From Phoronis australis (lineage: Eukaryota; Animalia; Phoronida): a stretch of 64,000 bases of DNA. Positions 60,701 to 64,000 of the stretch are shown here, in pieces. How positions within the stretch are numbered: the stretch's first letter is position 1; every line of letters begins with the position of its first letter. The translations under genes were made by a program, and so were the position numbers. The DNA is taken from NCBI GenBank assembly GCA_002633005.1, contig NMRA01000226.1:189728-253727 (forward strand), written 5' to 3'. The notes under the pieces are model-generated. The model did no database searches. It worked only from the letters and a program-made list of their open reading frames with translations, and was not told the DNA's origin.

Positions 60701-62855
60701 TCAAAGGACGTTTTAAAAATAAAAAACGTTTGGTAAACACGCAAGTTGATGTCAGGCGTGCAAGTTCAATGTCACAGTCGGAAGTCGAACAGCACGGCCT
60801 AATTAAACCAGTGCCCATGTTACGCTACAACGAAAAGTTGCAGCCTTCGGTGTATTTGCTATTTGTATTTTCATCAGAAATTTTCGTCATGCGGAACTCG
60901 GTGATTCTAATCATAGCTAAAGCGCCAAACACAAGCTAAACGCAAGACAATCGAGTAACGGTCGTGACATCGTCAAGACAAGGTAAAAATTACAAACCCG
61001 TTATACCGATTCTCGGACTCAATCCGTATACAGTAGTAATTATCCGTTGAACGCTTTAGTGACACGGGAGTTGCGTCGATCCCAAATTACCGTTTCTAAA
61101 AATTTTCCTTGTCTGAAAGTCGCGGGACAAAAATCCGATGTTTATGACATTGTCCGAAATTTGAGGATCATTGCAAAACAGTTTTTTGACCTTGTACGAA
61201 TTTCGTGAACTATGAAAAACTCATTTCGGAAATATTTATTCTTGGTCGAAAATGGCGGGCCGTCCGAAAATCAAGTGACTTTACCGTAAGAGATTATTAG
61301 ACATCCCCAGCCCTATGCAAATATCCTGACTATAGGGGGCACTGGGAGTCCTCAATCCCACTTTGTACAGACAACACCATAATACTTGACCGTTTATGGA
61401 AGTTTATCAATTGAGGTTTGCATGCCATTTTACACTTTTGACTTATCTTTCAACAAAATGGTGTCATGCAATATCAATAGTTTGAAACACTCTGGCCATG
61501 ATAATGCATCAGTTTCAAATATGAGACTGAGTAGTACACTTGCAACTTGAATAACTAAAGGTTAAAGGTCACGGATTTCTGTCGAATGGTCGTCCATCCA
61601 CCTCCCAAGCAACGGTCAATTTGCAAGTTGGAACGTCAGTGCCCACTGCAGTTGTCACTTGGGTCAGACTTTTTTAAAATTCTTATGCATGAAATAAAGC
61701 AACATGTCATTATTACAGTCTAATTCAAGCTAAGAAAAACCCTGGACATCCAACAGCCAGCATTAAAGACTATAGGCTGTGAGATACACAGGTAGTCCAC
61801 TACAAATTAACACTCCAGTTCGATTTTTTTCCAAGCAGTCGACGGCTGTTCACCAACAAGTTTCTGACCAGCGAGAAAAATTTTGTGACCCATACTGTAA
61901 AAGAACTTCATAATTTCCTCAAGCTGTGACATGTGTTTAAATTAGATAACCAATCCAGCAAGTTTACGATTTTTCAACTTCAAAAGAAACAACTTAACTT
62001 GACATGTGTCGCGATTATATTTTACGAATGTGCAGACATCCCAGTAATTGGCATTCTTGGAATATAACAGAAAACTCCAACAATCTCTTCTTGGTAGTGC
62101 TGGCCATTCCCAGAAGCACTATTTTTATTTTCGTTCTAAAGACACCGAAAACGCGAGATCTATCACAAAGGACTCTTCATCACGGCTGCCTGTTGCAAAG
62201 AAATAAAACGTCAATGCCTTCGAGTGTGACTTAAAATCTTGAATTTTTAAAAAAAGACAAATGAATTGTGCCAACTGGCAAGGTTCTCCACAAAAATAGT
62301 ACAGCAAGAGGACCCCAGTAACTGCAAACATGTGCAACTGATTTAAAAATTGTAATTCACTATAATTCAGTTTCCAACAAACTGAAAAACAAATTGCCAA
62401 GCATTATGGCCATTATAGATCAGAAGTTGTTGGCTTGTACCACGAAGCAGAAGATTAAATAAGTTATTTTTTTGACAAAATTGAACTAAATGCTCAGAGG
62501 CTTCTATTCAAAAGTGCTCGACTAAACAGTAAGTGAAACCGGAGTTTGCATTTAAGCTGTCAAATGTAATTTTAGAATATTAATAATTAAAACTAGACCT
62601 TGTAAGCTTTCCCCACCATTGAATGCGGACATCAGAGGCCTACTTTGTCGATGGTCAAATACCTTTTTGCGATATTGGGAACATGGTGGTTTTCAGAGGA
62701 ACGAGCATTGCAACCACCATAAATGCAATGGAATTAAGAACTACAATTCAATAAACTTTGTGCCATTAGAAATCTTAGATATCAGTCATAACCACGACCA
62801 CGAAAGCACAGTTATGACCTTCGATAAAACAGGCTTCGGATGAAATCAGTGAAAA

Positions 62856-63100
62856 GGAGGCAGTGTGGCCTAGTGTGATAGGTGCTCGCCTTTTTTACTC
62901 GAGGTCGTGGGTTTGAGTCCCACTGGGCCACACAGCTAGACCCCTGAGTCAGGTTTCTAGCTCCTCAGCTCAGTTTTAACTATATATTAATAAAGCATAA
63001 AAATAGTTCCAGGTGATCAGTGCAATGGGTCTACATGCGAGGCCTGCGCACGTCAGGTACAACGTGTATCAGACCGCCTTTAATAATTATATTATAACCA
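62856..63100 (+). mobile_element. tRNA-derived SINE
   Basis: GGAGGCAGTGTGGCCTAGTG (A box), GGTTTGAGTCC (B box), AT-rich (TAT)n tail at about 63080-63098. Confidence 0.7.
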
Positions 63101-63659
63101 GTGAAGAAGCTAACTATCCAACCTCAGTCTAACTGTCCCTCGTACGCTGCAATACTGCTCCAATATAGCAACAATAATGGTGCAAGTCAACTAGTTTGTA
63201 TCCAGTGAACCACCAATATTGTGTTAAATTAGCCTACTGCAACCAGAGGAGGTGTTAATAGGCTTCATACTATACCTAGGGGGGAAAACTCTTGACTTTC
63301 TCACGCTATCAGAAATGACGAATATTGTCAAACATAACACGTTGAACCATGAAACATGAATTTTCAGCACTAAGACTCCCAACAGATACAATTAGAATAG
63401 GAAACTTAGTGAATTTAGATTAAGATTTCCCTGAAGGCAAAGTAAATATTTATATGCAGCAATGAATCACCATGCTGATATAATATCTACATATAACATT
63501 ACAAATTTATAGTATTACTTGCTCTCACTAAAGGAGGGATTTCATATATCAAGGAGGAACAGTAATTTTTTTCAAGGCCAAAAAGAATAGTGGATTCCGG
63601 TCTGTTTTTTTGAAAATCAAGTTGGTGGTGTGGTATTTTTTTAGCTAATCACCTTTTAA

Positions 63660-64000
63660 AGGCGAAGGCAACCTTTTTTCATGTCATTTTTAGAAAAAAT
63701 AAGGTTCGTTGGTTATCTCAAAAAAAAATTACCACTTCATTACAGCTTTTCGTAATTTAAATAATTATTCGTTCTCTACTCCGGAAATGACGTTTTGGGA
63801 GGCAAGAATTTCGCGCCAATTTCTTTTCATATAGTCTGACTATGAGAGCTGTCGAGTTAGTCATTGATATACCTCGGTTGTGATAAGTTCGTTCGTCGAT
63901 TGCTTTTGTTTACGAATCAGTCAACATGCCACACTGTTGCTGCGTATCGGGATGTACTCATTATGGCCCAAAGCCTGTAAGCAGCCATGCTGCAATGTTG
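63660..64000 (+). mobile_element. Second Kolobok-family copy (5' end, THAP start), running off the window
   Basis: TTAA|AGGCGAAGGCAACCTTTTTTCATGTCATTTTTAG matches the TIR at 38592/43893; it shares ACCTCGGTTGTGATAAGTTCG with the 43.7-kb end; ATG at 63926 gives MPHCCCVSGC (THAP start). Confidence 0.85.

Noticed and set aside
62856-62935. tRNA gene
   Set aside because: Has A and B boxes but no complete cloverleaf, and continues into a SINE body and tail; the same applies to tRNA-like pieces at about 12027, 30700 and 46420.
57737-63650. Upstream CYRI/FAM49 exons
   Set aside because: No segment encoding the expected MSLFYA...ENTTDCL region was found by eye; treated as intron.

Overview
AT-rich, intron-rich animal (invertebrate-like) genomic DNA; most ORFs in the track are noise, and the real genes appear only after manual splicing. 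(1) 98-27145 (+): the 3' part (13 phase-consistent GT-AG exons) of a class I cytokine receptor of the Domeless/gp130 'tall' type. It has a cytokine-binding FN3 module with a degenerate WSXWS site, three more FN3 domains, a TM helix, a Dome-like Box1 region and a Tyr-motif-rich tail. (2) 47697-48191 (-): an orphan secreted His/Lys-rich protein with dibasic sites. (3) 52502-57736 (-): the last three coding exons of a CYRI/FAM49 gene. Intergenic and intronic space is dense with transposons. The most notable is a three-level nest at 38.6-43.9 kb: a Kolobok relic (THAP-transposase plus convergent KolX/P2X7-like Cys domain) carries a hAT element with 5-bp TSDs, which carries an inverted copy of its own family. 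There is also a second Kolobok copy, a Penelope-like element, an L1/Tx1 fragment, hAT, Harbinger and Kolobok MITEs, Helentron-like elements and tRNA-SINEs. All family assignments are by motif recognition by eye; no searches were run.
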